From positions 15,362-79,361 of the forward strand of contig CAVFEQ010000002.1 in NCBI GenBank assembly GCA_963621535.1: a stretch of DNA of 64,000 bases. Direction: 5' to 3'. Positions 8,543 to 18,100 of the stretch are shown piece by piece (within the stretch, counting starts at the first letter, position 1; every line of letters starts with the position of its first letter). This stretch comes from Paludibacteraceae bacterium. GTDB taxonomy: Bacteria; Bacillota_I; Bacilli_A; RFN20; CAG-826. Under the pieces are notes generated by a model. That model was given only the letters and a program-made list of their open reading frames with translations, was not told the origin of the DNA and searched no databases. A program made the position numbers and the translations under genes.

Positions 8543-8630
8543 GAAATATGAATAAATTTTCATATTTCTATTGTTTTATTGGTTCGCCCCTGTATAATCG
8601 GCCTTGTAAATATGAAGTACCATTCATATT
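8543..8630 (+). promoter_or_regulatory. Promoter with two palindromic ArsR/SmtB-type operators
   Basis: Operator 1 is GAAATATGAA-TAAATT-TTCATATTTC (8543-8568), a perfect 10-6-10 palindrome. Operator 2 is AATATGAA-GTACCA-TTCATATT (8609-8630). A TG-extended TATAAT (8593-8598) and TTGTTT (8571-8576) lie between them, just upstream of the arsR-family gene. Confidence 0.6.
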
Positions 8631-8642
8631 AAGGAGCCATTT

Positions 8643-8939
8643 ATGCCAGGAATTCCCGATGAAACAACCATCGATAAGATGGAAAACTTGCTGAATATCG
8701 CAAGCGATTCGACCCGTTTGAAAATCCTTTATGCGATTTCCGATAATGAGAAGTCCGTCTCTGAGATCGTTGAGCTCGTCGGTGCCTCTCAGTCTTTGGT
8801 TTCCCACCAGCTTCAGGTGCTAAGAAACGCCCACCTTGTTTCGACGAGGAAAACCGGTACACGGGTCTTCTATTCTTTGGATGACGACCACGTGAATCGC
8901 TTGCTCACCCTCGTTTATGAGCACGTGAATGAGCAATGA
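8643..8939 (+). CDS. ArsR/SmtB family metal-responsive transcriptional repressor
   Basis: 98-aa ORF with a winged HTH (RLKILYAI...SVSEIVELVGASQSLVSHQLQVLRNAHLV). It overlaps the start region of the downstream metal ATPase gene. Confidence 0.85.
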   Translation: MPGIPDETTIDKMENLLNIASDSTRLKILYAISDNEKSVSEIVELVGASQSLVSHQLQVLRNAHLVSTRKTGTRVFYSLDDDHVNRLLTLVYEHVNEQ

Positions 8940-8949
8940 GGAGAAGGTT

Positions 8950-10917
8950 ATGGCACACGAACATCATCATGGCGAAGAAGAAATTGGTGGAGAACACGAA
9001 GAGGAACGTTCTAAAAAGGCTATCCTTATTTTGATCTGCCGCATCGCGCTGAGTCTGACCTTTGCTCTTCTTGGCCAGTTCCTTTTCAATGAAGCCAATT
9101 TCAATATATGGGTTAATTTATCCGTCATGGCTTTGGCCTACGTCATCATCGCCTACGACGTCTTATGGGAGGGTCTGCTCTCAATTGTCAAAGAGCATCA
9201 ACCCTTTGATGAGCACTTATTGATGACCTTCGCTTCTTTAGGCGCCTTCGCGCTTCGTTTCTTTGGCCCAGAGCATAATGAGTTCTTTGAAGCTGTGCTG
9301 GTTATGCTGCTTTATCAAGTCGGCGAGGTCTTCGAGGATCTGGCTGCGGATAAGTCTAGAGAAGCCATCACTTCCGCCTTGGATTTGCGTGAGGAAGACG
9401 CTAGGGTCATTCAAGGAGAAACCACGGTTTTAAAGAAGCCAGAGGAGCTTAGAATCGGCGACCAGGTCGTTATTGGCGCCGGGGAGAAAGTCCTTTGCGA
9501 TGCCCTTGTTCTCTCCGGTTCAGGCTCGACGGATGAAAGCTCTTTGACGGGTGAGTTCTTGCCTGTTTGTAAAAAAGAAGGGGACCATGTTGTTTCTGGA
9601 ACGATTCTCAAAGAAGGGTCGTTGGTCCTTTCTGTAGAGAAAGAATATAAAGACTCCACCATTGCTAAACTCCTTGACCTAGTGGAGCATAGCGCTTCGA
9701 AAAAAAGCCGCGCGACGAGATTCATCACACGCTTTGCCCGGATTTACACGCCAATCGTGACCGGACTGGCTCTACTGGTAGCGGTTATTCCCCCACTGTT
9801 TTTAGGGATAGACAACCCCTCTGTTTGGAGCGGTTGGATCTTCACCGCCTTGGAATTCTTAATTGTTTCCTGTCCTTGCGCGATTGTCATCTCCGTCCCC
9901 TTGGCTTATTTTGCTGGGCTTGGCCTCGCCTCAAAGAAAGGGGTGGTCGTCAAAGGGGCCGAATATTTTGACAAGATCAATGAACTTAAGCTTGTTTGCT
10001 TCGATAAGACCGGGACTTTGACGGAAGGCAAATTCGCCGTTACGGAGGTCTGCCCCGTGGGCCTAGAAGAGAAAGAGTTCCTTGAATACCTCTCTGCGGC
10101 GGAATCGCGTTCCACTCACCCAATCGGAAAGGCCATCCTTTCTTATGGGGGCTTAGAGAACAAGGCAAACGAGGTTACTGAATATGAAGAAACCTCGGGC
10201 TATGGAGTCTCGGCTTTCTATCGCGGTCACGCTTTGCTCGCAGGCAAAAAGGAACTGCTAGAGAAAAAGAGAGTACCCGTGGATGCGAATTCCGTCACTG
10301 GATCAATCACTTACCTTGCCGTGGATGGGGTTTACGCCGGCTACATCGTCTTAAACGATTCGCTTAGGGCAAATAGCAAAAAAATGGTCGATGGCCTTAA
10401 GAATAGAGGCGTGAAGACGATGCTTCTTTCTGGCGATAAGAAAGAGAACGTCGAAATTGTTGCTTCAACCCTAGGCCTTGATGAATGCCGTGGCGAGCTT
10501 CTTCCAGAGGAAAAACAGGCGATCCTTAAAGGCGAGATCGATAAGAATGAGGGCAAAGTTGCCTTCGTTGGCGATGGAATCAATGACGCCCCCTCCATTG
10601 TTTTGGCTGATATAGGCATCGCAATGGGCGGACTAGGAAGCGACGTCGCCGTGAGAAACGCCGACGTGGTTCTGATGCACGACGATCCTTCAAAGATTCT
10701 TACCCTCATCAAAGTGGCCTCCAAGACGAAGAAGCGTGCGATCTTCAACATCGCTTTCTCCCTAGGGGTCAAAATCGGCATCATGGTCGCTTCCATAATC
10801 GGGACGAGCACCGGGTTATTCGAAGTCCCTCTTTGGGTAACGGTGTTTGGTGATTCGGGAGTGGCAATGCTCGCCGTGCTTTCCTCTCTCTTGCTTGCGT
10901 ATTCGAAAGTCGATTAG
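8950..10917 (+). CDS. Heavy-metal translocating P1B-type ATPase (Cd/Zn/Co-type)
   Basis: Carries the CPC motif (VSCPCAIVISVP), DKTGTLT, an HP motif (STHPIG), GDGINDAP and a His/Glu-rich N-terminus (MAHEHHHGEEE). ATG 8950 follows GAGGAGAAGG; the ORF-track start 8929 is the alternative. Confidence 0.9.
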   Translation: MAHEHHHGEEEIGGEHEEERSKKAILILICRIALSLTFALLGQFLFNEANFNIWVNLSVMALAYVIIAYDVLWEGLLSIVKEHQPFDEHLLMTFASLGAFALRFFGPEHNEFFEAVLVMLLYQVGEVFEDLAADKSREAITSALDLREEDARVIQGETTVLKKPEELRIGDQVVIGAGEKVLCDALVLSGSGSTDESSLTGEFLPVCKKEGDHVVSGTILKEGSLVLSVEKEYKDSTIAKLLDLVEHSASKKSRATRFITRFARIYTPIVTGLALLVAVIPPLFLGIDNPSVWSGWIFTALEFLIVSCPCAIVISVPLAYFAGLGLASKKGVVVKGAEYFDKINELKLVCFDKTGTLTEGKFAVTEVCPVGLEEKEFLEYLSAAESRSTHPIGKAILSYGGLENKANEVTEYEETSGYGVSAFYRGHALLAGKKELLEKKRVPVDANSVTGSITYLAVDGVYAGYIVLNDSLRANSKKMVDGLKNRGVKTMLLSGDKKENVEIVASTLGLDECRGELLPEEKQAILKGEIDKNEGKVAFVGDGINDAPSIVLADIGIAMGGLGSDVAVRNADVVLMHDDPSKILTLIKVASKTKKRAIFNIAFSLGVKIGIMVASIIGTSTGLFEVPLWVTVFGDSGVAMLAVLSSLLLAYSKVD

Positions 10918-10926
10918 TGAGTTATG

Positions 10927-10961
10927 AAAAGCAGGTTGATTAATCTCTTCCTGCTTTTTTT
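10927..10961 (+). terminator. Rho-independent terminator after the metal ATPase gene
   Basis: AAAAGCAGG pairs with CCTGCTTTT across a 14-nt loop and is followed by a T7 run, 10 nt after the stop. Confidence 0.7.
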
Positions 10962-11233
10962 ATCGAAGTTTTGCGGAGTTTTTTCTTGTTTTGCGGGCTT
11001 TTTGTTCTTTTTCGACCTTCTCCCGTCGCTTCGGTTATGTTGTGAACTGGTTCTATGCCTGCAATTTTGATGCGATTTAGAAGTGTTGCCTTTTTCGTTC
11101 CAAACGGTCGTTGTGAATCACAAAGAAAATTCGGATGTTGATCCCCTTTTTCTGCCAACTTATGGTGCCATGAGTATTTATTCGGATTAACTTTTATATC
11201 GTTATTGCGACTACTACTGCATTTTTTGTCTAC

Positions 11234-11318
11234 GAACCTTGAAATTTGGCGTCAAAAACGAAATATGAACCTTGAAATTTGGCGTCAAAACCAATTTACG
11301 AACCTTGAAATTTGGCGT
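11234..11318. repeat. Three tandem copies of GAACCTTGAAATTTGGCGT with an exact 33-bp period
   Basis: Identical 19-mers start at 11234, 11267 and 11300, separated by variable 14-nt spacers, directly upstream of the decayed ATPase gene. Confidence 0.9.
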
Positions 11319-11359
11319 TATTTCTTTCCAATGACTCTTATTACGGACGGCACAAATTT

Positions 11360-11989
11360 ATGTTTAAAAGATAGCTCTATGATGAACTAAAAAAGTGGAA
11401 GCAAGAATGCGATGGATCCTGTGCCATCATGGCCGAAGAAGAAGAGCGCGGCATGAACGTATCGAAAAAAGAGCTGTCGGCCGAGCAGGTGAAGGCGAAC
11501 GCCAAAGCTTGGGAAGCTGACAAGAAAAACATGAATAAGGAATACGCCGGCTGAATGTCGGAGGGAGAAAAAGAAAATGGAAAAGGAAAAATGGCGCAGG
11601 CTTTGCAAATTGTACGAAGAGAATAACGAATCTCTCAACTACGATCTCTACAGGAAGGCTTTGATCGAGGCTTTCGGTGATTCGGAGGAAGAAGCGAACA
11701 AAAACGCGATCGAATTCGTGAACGCCAGAAGACTAGAGTATATCAATGAGCTCTGCGACTTCGACTAAAACGGGAGCACGATCGATGGATAGCGTGAAAA
11801 TGGCAGATTCTCATAGAGGTGAAATCCAGCAAGGTGAATGAGCACCGTTCGCTTGACTGTTTTCTTAAGGATTATTCCAAATTCGTGAGTCGCGGGTATC
11901 TTGTTTCCTCAAAGGATTTCTGAAAAGAAGGGGTGTTAACAAATCTGCCTTTTTATCTTTTCCCGTTTTTCCTCGACCATTTGAAGTAA
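11360..11989 (+). pseudogene. Decayed AAA ATPase (AAA_14/DUF4143-type) gene with the middle replaced
   Basis: The N-terminal fragment reads MFKR*LYDELKKWKQECDGSCAIM, with an in-frame TAG at codon 5. The C-terminal fragment, from about 11815, reads EVKSSKVNEHRSLDCFLKDYSKFVSRGYLVSSKDF*KEGVLTNLPFYLFPFF. About 1 kb of the expected central Walker region is absent and about 380 bp of unrelated sequence takes its place. Confidence 0.55.
11577..11768 (+). CDS. Small acidic hypothetical protein (63 aa) inside the replaced segment
   Basis: The ORF is preceded by GGAGGGAG nine nt upstream of the ATG. It has no recognisable motif and its coding status is uncertain. Confidence 0.25.
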   Translation: MEKEKWRRLCKLYEENNESLNYDLYRKALIEAFGDSEEEANKNAIEFVNARRLEYINELCDFD

Positions 11990-12192
11990 GTGACCATTGC
12001 GCTTTGCGGCGGACTATAAAGGGAAACCATAAATTGAACAAAAAGCGGAAAAAGGCTGCAAAACCCTAGTATTTCGCGTCCTTCTAACCCAAAAACAATC
12101 CTTGAAGGACCCCAGGATTAAGTTTTAGCGGAAGTAGAAAATGTGGGGTTTTCTCGGCTTTTTTGAACTCCTGAAAAAACACAAATTCCCTA

Positions 12193-12221
12193 TTGCACGG
12201 CGCTACGCATACGCGCATAAT
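12193..12221 (+). promoter_or_regulatory. Sigma-A-type promoter of the rplK-rplA operon
   Basis: TTGCAC (12193-12198), a 17-nt spacer, then CATAAT (12216-12221), 85 nt upstream of the rplK ATG. Confidence 0.5.
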
Positions 12222-12306
12222 ATCACCCGCGTGCACAAACGTGGGAGGGCTTGACGAGGCCCGCATCACCACTGCATGCCAAAAATCCATAAGGAGGATT
12301 TCACAC
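12222..12306 (+). promoter_or_regulatory. Candidate L1-binding autoregulatory leader of rplK-rplA
   Basis: The 5' UTR contains GUGGGAGGGCUUGACGAGGCCCGCAUCAC: a GGGAG element next to a GGGC/GCCC stem-loop holding GAC. This resembles L1-stalk mimics. No covariance check was done. Confidence 0.35.
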
Positions 12307-12711
12307 ATGAAGAAAGTCGTCAAAGTCGTGAAGATGGAACTCCCTGGCGGGAATGCCCATCCAGGACCGAAGCTCGCTTCCGCTGGCGTGAACATGGCGA
12401 AATTCTGCACCGACTTCAATGCGAAGACCGGCGACAGAAAAGGACAGACCGTCCCCGTCATCATCACCGCCTACGAAGACAAGTCCTATGACTTCGTGAT
12501 CAAGACCAGCCCCGCCGCTGAATTGATCCTCAAAGCCGCCGGCGTCCAGAAAGGCGCAGGCAACGCGAAGCAGACCGCTGGTTCGATCACCAACGCTCAG
12601 CTCGAAGAGATCGCCAAATACAAGATGCCCGATCTCAACACCGAAGACGTCGAGGCCGCGAAAAAGATCATCGCCGGCACCTGCCGTCAAATGGGCATCG
12701 CCATCAAGTGA
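12307..12711 (+). CDS. rplK: 50S ribosomal protein L11
   Basis: MKKVVKVVKMELPGGNAHPGPKLASAGVNMAKFCTDFNAKT... is a typical L11 sequence. ATG 12307 follows AAGGAGGA; the ORF-track start 12193 is an upstream extension. Confidence 0.95.
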   Translation: MKKVVKVVKMELPGGNAHPGPKLASAGVNMAKFCTDFNAKTGDRKGQTVPVIITAYEDKSYDFVIKTSPAAELILKAAGVQKGAGNAKQTAGSITNAQLEEIAKYKMPDLNTEDVEAAKKIIAGTCRQMGIAIK

Positions 12712-12721
12712 GGACAGCACA

Positions 12722-13414
12722 ATGAAAAAAGTCAGCAAAAAGTACAAAGCCGTCCTTGCCAAAGTGGACGCCAACAAAGTTTATGACATCGCTGAGGCCT
12801 GCAAACTCGTCAAGGAAACCTCGGTCACCAAGTTCGATGCTTCGGTCGACCTCTCCTTCCGCCTCAACGTCAATCCGACCAAAGCCGAACAGCTTATCCG
12901 CGGGACCATCTCTCTCCCCCACGGCAACGGCAAGACCAAGAAAGTCCTCGTCGTCACCAACACCAAACTCGAAGACGCGAAAGCCTCTGGCGCCGACTTT
13001 GTGGGCGGCATCGACATGCTCGAGAAGATCAAGACCGAGAACTGGTTTGGCTTCGACATCATCGTCGCCACTCCGGACATGATGGGCGAACTCGGGAAAA
13101 TGGGCCGTCTGCTCGGTCCTAAAGGCCTCATGCCGAACCCTAAGACCGGCACCGTCACGATGGACGTCAAGACCGCTGTCGCCGAAATCAAGAAGGGTAA
13201 GATCGCTTACCGCGTCGACAAAGACGGCAACCTCTCCATGGGTGTTGGCCGCGTCTCCTTCTCCGCCGAAGACCTCGCCGACAACATCAATGCCGTCTGC
13301 AATCAGATCGCCAGCGCTCGTCCGGCGACCGTCAAAGGGACCTACATCGAAAAGGCCGTCGTGTCCACCACGATGGGACCTGGTCTCAAAATCACCTTCG
13401 CTTCCAGAAGCTAA
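12722..13414 (+). CDS. rplA: 50S ribosomal protein L1
   Basis: 230-aa ORF with L1 blocks (FDASVDLSFRLNVNP, LPHGNGKTKKVLV, GPKGLMPNPKTGTV), immediately after rplK. Confidence 0.95.
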   Translation: MKKVSKKYKAVLAKVDANKVYDIAEACKLVKETSVTKFDASVDLSFRLNVNPTKAEQLIRGTISLPHGNGKTKKVLVVTNTKLEDAKASGADFVGGIDMLEKIKTENWFGFDIIVATPDMMGELGKMGRLLGPKGLMPNPKTGTVTMDVKTAVAEIKKGKIAYRVDKDGNLSMGVGRVSFSAEDLADNINAVCNQIASARPATVKGTYIEKAVVSTTMGPGLKITFASRS

Positions 13415-13417
13415 GGT

Positions 13418-13563
13418 CAACCGAATTCGGTGAATCGCTTCCTATACCTAAGATAGCCGGGGGCAAGTGCCTTAAAAGTCCACCCTGCTGAGGTTAATGA
13501 AACATCACAACCCGCTAGTTATTCGAAGCATCACATAGTCGTCAAGAAAGGAGGTAGAAACGT
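13418..13563 (+). promoter_or_regulatory. Candidate L10(L12)4 autoregulatory leader upstream of rplJ
   Basis: A 146-nt untranslated spacer between rplA and rplJ at the position of the Firmicutes L10 leader. The structure was not verified. Confidence 0.4.
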
Positions 13564-14076
13564 ATGAATCAGCAAGCTCTCCAAGCCAAAAAGGAAGCCG
13601 TCTCTGAAATCACAAAAGGGATTAAAGAATCCGGCTCCGTCACGGTCGTTTCCTACCAAGGACTCACCGTCGCTGAGATTCAGGAGCTCCGCAAGGAACT
13701 CGCGAAGGTCAACTCGACCATGGGCGTTTACAAGAACACCCTCGTCAAGCGCGCCATCGTCGATACCAAGGCTCCGAACCTCGACAGCGTTCTCGAAGGC
13801 CCGAATGCCTTAGTCTTCTCTAAGGAACTCTCGGATGGCCCGAAGGTCGTTGCCAAGTTTGCCCGCAGACACGAGCATCTCGTGATCAAGGGCGGCATGG
13901 GAGAAGGACAAGCGTTCGACGCCGCGCAGATGAAGGCCATCGCCAAACTGCCGGATCGCAACGGATTGCTCTCTATGTTCCTATCGGTGCTCAATGCACC
14001 AATTCAAAAATTCGCCGCGACCGTCAAAGCCGCGTCGGAGAAAGACGGTGGAGCCGCTGCTCCCGCCGCCAACTAA
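13564..14076 (+). CDS. rplJ: 50S ribosomal protein L10
   Basis: 170-aa ORF after the strong RBS AAGGAGG. The sequence is L10-like (VVSYQGLTVAEIQELRKEL...) and it lies before rplL. Confidence 0.95.
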   Translation: MNQQALQAKKEAVSEITKGIKESGSVTVVSYQGLTVAEIQELRKELAKVNSTMGVYKNTLVKRAIVDTKAPNLDSVLEGPNALVFSKELSDGPKVVAKFARRHEHLVIKGGMGEGQAFDAAQMKAIAKLPDRNGLLSMFLSVLNAPIQKFAATVKAASEKDGGAAAPAAN

Positions 14077-14096
14077 GCCAATGGAGGTAAATCAAA

Positions 14097-14474
14097 ATGG
14101 CTAAGCTTACCAAAGAAGAGATCGTTGAATCCCTCAAAGAGTACACCGCTCTTGAACTCGCGGACCTCGTCAAGGCTGTCGAAGAAGCCTTCGGCGTCAC
14201 CGCTGCCGTCGCTACCGCTGCCGCCGCTCCCGCGGAAGAAGAGGAAGTTAAGAAAGGACCCACCGAGGTCTCTCTCATCCTCAAAGGCATTGGCGGTGGC
14301 TCCAAAGTCGCCATCATCAAAGCCGTCCAGGCCATCACCGGCCTCGGCCTTATGGATGCCAAGAAGCTCGTCGATGCGCTTCCCGCTCCGGTCAAAGAGC
14401 ACATCTCTCCCGTCGAAGCCGAAGAGCACAAGAAGGCTCTTGTCGCCGCTGGCGCCGAAGTCGAAATCAAGTAA
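14097..14474 (+). CDS. rplL: 50S ribosomal protein L7/L12
   Basis: 125-aa ORF with an Ala-rich hinge and the conserved C-terminal domain (KVAIIKAVQAITGLGLMDAKKLVD). Confidence 0.95.
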   Translation: MAKLTKEEIVESLKEYTALELADLVKAVEEAFGVTAAVATAAAAPAEEEEVKKGPTEVSLILKGIGGGSKVAIIKAVQAITGLGLMDAKKLVDALPAPVKEHISPVEAEEHKKALVAAGAEVEIK

Positions 14475-14502
14475 TTTCGCCTTCTAAAAATCGTTTACCC
14501 GA

Positions 14503-14548
14503 AACCCGCTCAAGGACACGTCTGCCTTGGGCGGGGTTCTTGCGTTTC
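14503..14548 (+). terminator. Imperfect hairpin after rplL (terminator or attenuator)
   Basis: AACCCGCTCAAGG pairs with CCTTGGGCGGGGTT with one mismatch or bulge. The following T tract (CTTGCGTTTC) is weak. Confidence 0.4.
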
Positions 14549-14562
14549 TAAGGAGTGTTTCT

Positions 14563-15159
14563 ATGAGCCAATATTTCGATAACGTAGAGAGTTTGGCCCA
14601 TCAGGACATCCATTACGAATTTGACCTCTTGGGCGAGCATTATCGCCTGAAGAGCGATGCAGGGGTCTTCTCCAAAGACGGCCTCGACGATGGCACTAGG
14701 TTGTTGCTTGAAACCATCGCCAAGACCGACCTTGGGACGAACATTTTGGACTTAGGGTGCGGAGTCGGACCAATCGGACTAATCCTGGCCCGCACTGACT
14801 CGTCACGTCACGTTGTCCTAGCCGACGTGAACGACCGAGCCCTCGAATGCGCGAAAGCAAACGCTTCCGCTCTTGGCGTAACTAGCCAAGTCGAGATTGT
14901 CCACTCAGACGTCTACAGCTCGATCAATTCCTCTTTCTCCACAATCGTGATCAACCCGCCTATACGCGCGGGTAAAAAGGTTACGTACGCGATGTACGCG
15001 GGCGCATGTAGCCACCTTAATGAAGATGGTTCCTTGATCCTAGTCATCCGCAAACAGCAGGGCGCAGAATCCTGCTTCTCTTACCTTAAGACCCTCTTTA
15101 AGAAGGTCGAGGTAAAAGCCCGCCATAAGGGCTTCCACATTCTCATCGCGCGCAAATAA
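14563..15159 (+). CDS. Class I SAM-dependent methyltransferase, MTS small-domain type (RsmC/YbxB-like)
   Basis: Carries motif I (ILDLGCGVGPIGL) and an NPP motif (VINPPIRAGK). It lies between rplL and rpoB, as ybxB does in B. subtilis. I take the start as ATG 14563, after AGGAG. Confidence 0.8.
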   Translation: MSQYFDNVESLAHQDIHYEFDLLGEHYRLKSDAGVFSKDGLDDGTRLLLETIAKTDLGTNILDLGCGVGPIGLILARTDSSRHVVLADVNDRALECAKANASALGVTSQVEIVHSDVYSSINSSFSTIVINPPIRAGKKVTYAMYAGACSHLNEDGSLILVIRKQQGAESCFSYLKTLFKKVEVKARHKGFHILIARK

Positions 15160-15169
15160 GGAGTAACAC

Positions 15170-18100
15170 ATGCCACAAGAAGAAAAATTCGACCACCAAC
15201 TTCTGAACTATAAAGATCCTAACGGCGTTCCCTATGCCGTGGGGGCGAACGGCCGCATCAACTTCTCCAAGATCTCCGGGAAGCTCCCTCTCCCCTACTT
15301 GGTTGAAATCCAGACCGATTCCTACCGCTGGTTCTTGAAGCAAGGCCTCGACGAGGCTTTCCGCGAGATTTTCCCGATCTACAGCTTCTCGGGAAAAATC
15401 CAGATCAACTATGTCTCCTCCCGTTTGGAGGAACCTAAATACACCCCGCTTGAATGCAAGGCGGGCGATTTGACCTATTCAAGCAAGATCAAAGTCGCTC
15501 TCCGCCTCGTCCTTGAAAGCGGCGAGATCAAAGACGCCGACGTCTTCATGGGCGAGCTTCCGCTCATGACCGAATCGGGCACCTTCATTGTCAACGGCGC
15601 TGAGCGTGTCATCGTCTCCCAGATCGTCCGCTCCCCCGGTGCTTATTTCCAAGACACCGTCGATAAGGATGGCAAGCACATCTATAACGGCGAGATCATC
15701 CCCGGACACGGCACTTGGCTGCAATTTGAAAGCGACCCCAAAGGCGTTCTCTATGTTCGTATCGACAGGCAGAGAAAAATGCCTGCGACCACCCTTTTCA
15801 AAGCCCTTGGCATCGATAAAGAAAAAGAGCTCATCCAGCTTTTCGGCAAAAGCGACAACATGCTTGCCACCATCAAGAAGGATGACAGCATCAAGTCCAG
15901 CGCCGGCGCTTTGATCGACATCTTCCAGAAACTGAAACCTGGCGAGCCGGTCACCCCCGATGGCTCGGTTGATTTCCTCGTCACCAAATTCTTCGACGAG
16001 AAGAGATACAACCTCGGCCCCGCCGGACGTTTCAAATACGCCCAGAAGCTCGGCCTCTATGAGAGGCTCCCTGGCCGCGTTTTGGCCGAAGACCTCATCG
16101 ACAACCACCCCGAAGGCTGCACCATCGACGTCGATGGCCACATCTTCAACGCCGATGGCGAGCTCGTCGAACCGAAAGTTCTCTTCAAAGAGGGCCATAA
16201 GCTCACCAAAGAAGAAGTCGACTCCCTTAGGGACAGCGAGTTCTTCGAAAGAGGCAACTATGAGAAGAAGATCGCCTCCAACGAGAAGATCGACAAATAC
16301 AGCAACGTCAACGTCATCCACGTCTACGCCCAAGACAAGCAAGGCGAAGAAGTGGTCCCGATGGTCGGCACCGATCTTAACCTCACCCTCAACAGAGTGA
16401 CGATCTCCGACATGGTCGCCTGCTTCTCCTATTTCTGCAACATCCAATCCGGCCTTGGCCAGACCGATGATATCGATCACCTAGGCAACAGACGCATCCG
16501 CTGCGTCGGCGAGCTTCTTCAGGAGCAGTTCCGCAAGGGCCTCTCCAAGATGACCAAGACCGTCCAGCAGAGGATGTCCATCAGCGATTTCGAGTCCATG
16601 ACCCCGCAGTCGCTTGTCAATATCCGCCCGCTTACCTCCTCTGTCCGCGAGTTCTTCTCCTCGAGCCAGCTCTCGCAGTTCATGGATCAGGTCAACCCGC
16701 TTGCCGAGCTCACCAACAAGAGGCGTATTTCCGCCCTTGGTCCTGGCGGTCTCACTCGCGATAGAGCTTCCATGGAAGTCCGCGACGTCCACTACACCCA
16801 TTACGGCCGCATCTGCCCGATCGAATCTCCTGAAGGACAGAACATCGGTCTTATCAACAACCTCGCCTGCTACGCGAAGGTCAACCAATACGGCTTCATC
16901 GAGACCCCCTTCCGTGAGGTTCTCCATATGGATGATGGCCGCTCCTTCGTCGTCGAAGGCGATTTCAAAGGTGACGGCAGCGTTGAATACAAAGCCAAAT
17001 ATCTTTCCGCCGATGCTGAGCGCAACCACTACATCGCCGAATCGAACATCCGCCTTGGCGAAGCCTGCCACTTGAAGGATCTCTATGCTAATGCGGACCA
17101 CGATTGCCTCGTGAAGGAAATCCTCGACGAGAAAGTGGTCGCTAGACACGATGAGGACAACCTCGAAACCGAGAAGGAGAAAGTCGATTACGTCGACGTC
17201 TCCCCCCGTCAGATCGTCTCCATCGCCGCGGCGAGCATTCCTTTCCTTGACCACGATGACGCCACCCGTGCTCTCATGGGCGCGAACATGCAACGTCAGG
17301 CTCTTCCTCTTCTTTCCCCTGAGATCCCTTACGTCGGCACGGGCATGGAGCAAATCATCGCCCGCGACTCCGGTCTTGCGGTTGTCGCCACCAAAGACGG
17401 CGAAGTCGTCTACATGGACAGCAAGAAGATCCAGACCAAGAACGGCAAGGAAGTCGTCACTTACGACCTTCAGAAGTTCGACCGCACCAACAACGGCACC
17501 TGCATGAACCAGACCCCGATTGTCCACGTGGGCGATAAGGTCAAAGCCGGCGACATCATCGCCGATGGCCCCGCCATGAGGCATGGCGAACTCGCCCTCG
17601 GCCACAACGTCCTCGTCGCTTACATGACTTGGCACGGCTACAACTACGAAGACGCCATCATCATGTCTGAGCGCATGGTGAAGGATGACGTCTATACCTC
17701 CATCCACATCGAGAAATACGAAATCGAATGCCGCGACACCAAACTCGGCAACGAAGAGATCACTCGCGACGTGCCTAATGTCGGCGAAGATGCGAAAGCC
17801 TTCCTCGACGAAAGAGGCATCATTATCCCCGGCGCCGAAGTTAAAGAAGGCGACATCCTCGTCGGCAAAATCACCCCGAAAGGCCAGACTGAGCCGACTC
17901 CGGAAGAGAAGCTTCTCATGGCCATCTTCGCCGAGAAAGCCAAAGAAGGAAAAGACAGCTCCCTCCGCGTTCCTCATGGCGGGGCGGGCATCGTCCATGC
18001 GGTTAAGATTTTCTCCCGCAAGAACAAAGATCCCCTTCCCCCGGGCGTAAACACCGTCGTCCGCGTCTATATCGTTCAGAAGAGAAAGATCTCCGAAGGC

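Noticed and set aside
11234-11318. Possible miniature CRISPR array.
   Set aside because: The repeats are 19 nt with 14-nt spacers and only three units. There is no cas gene or leader-like region, so the geometry does not fit CRISPR. I report it as an iteron-like tandem repeat instead.
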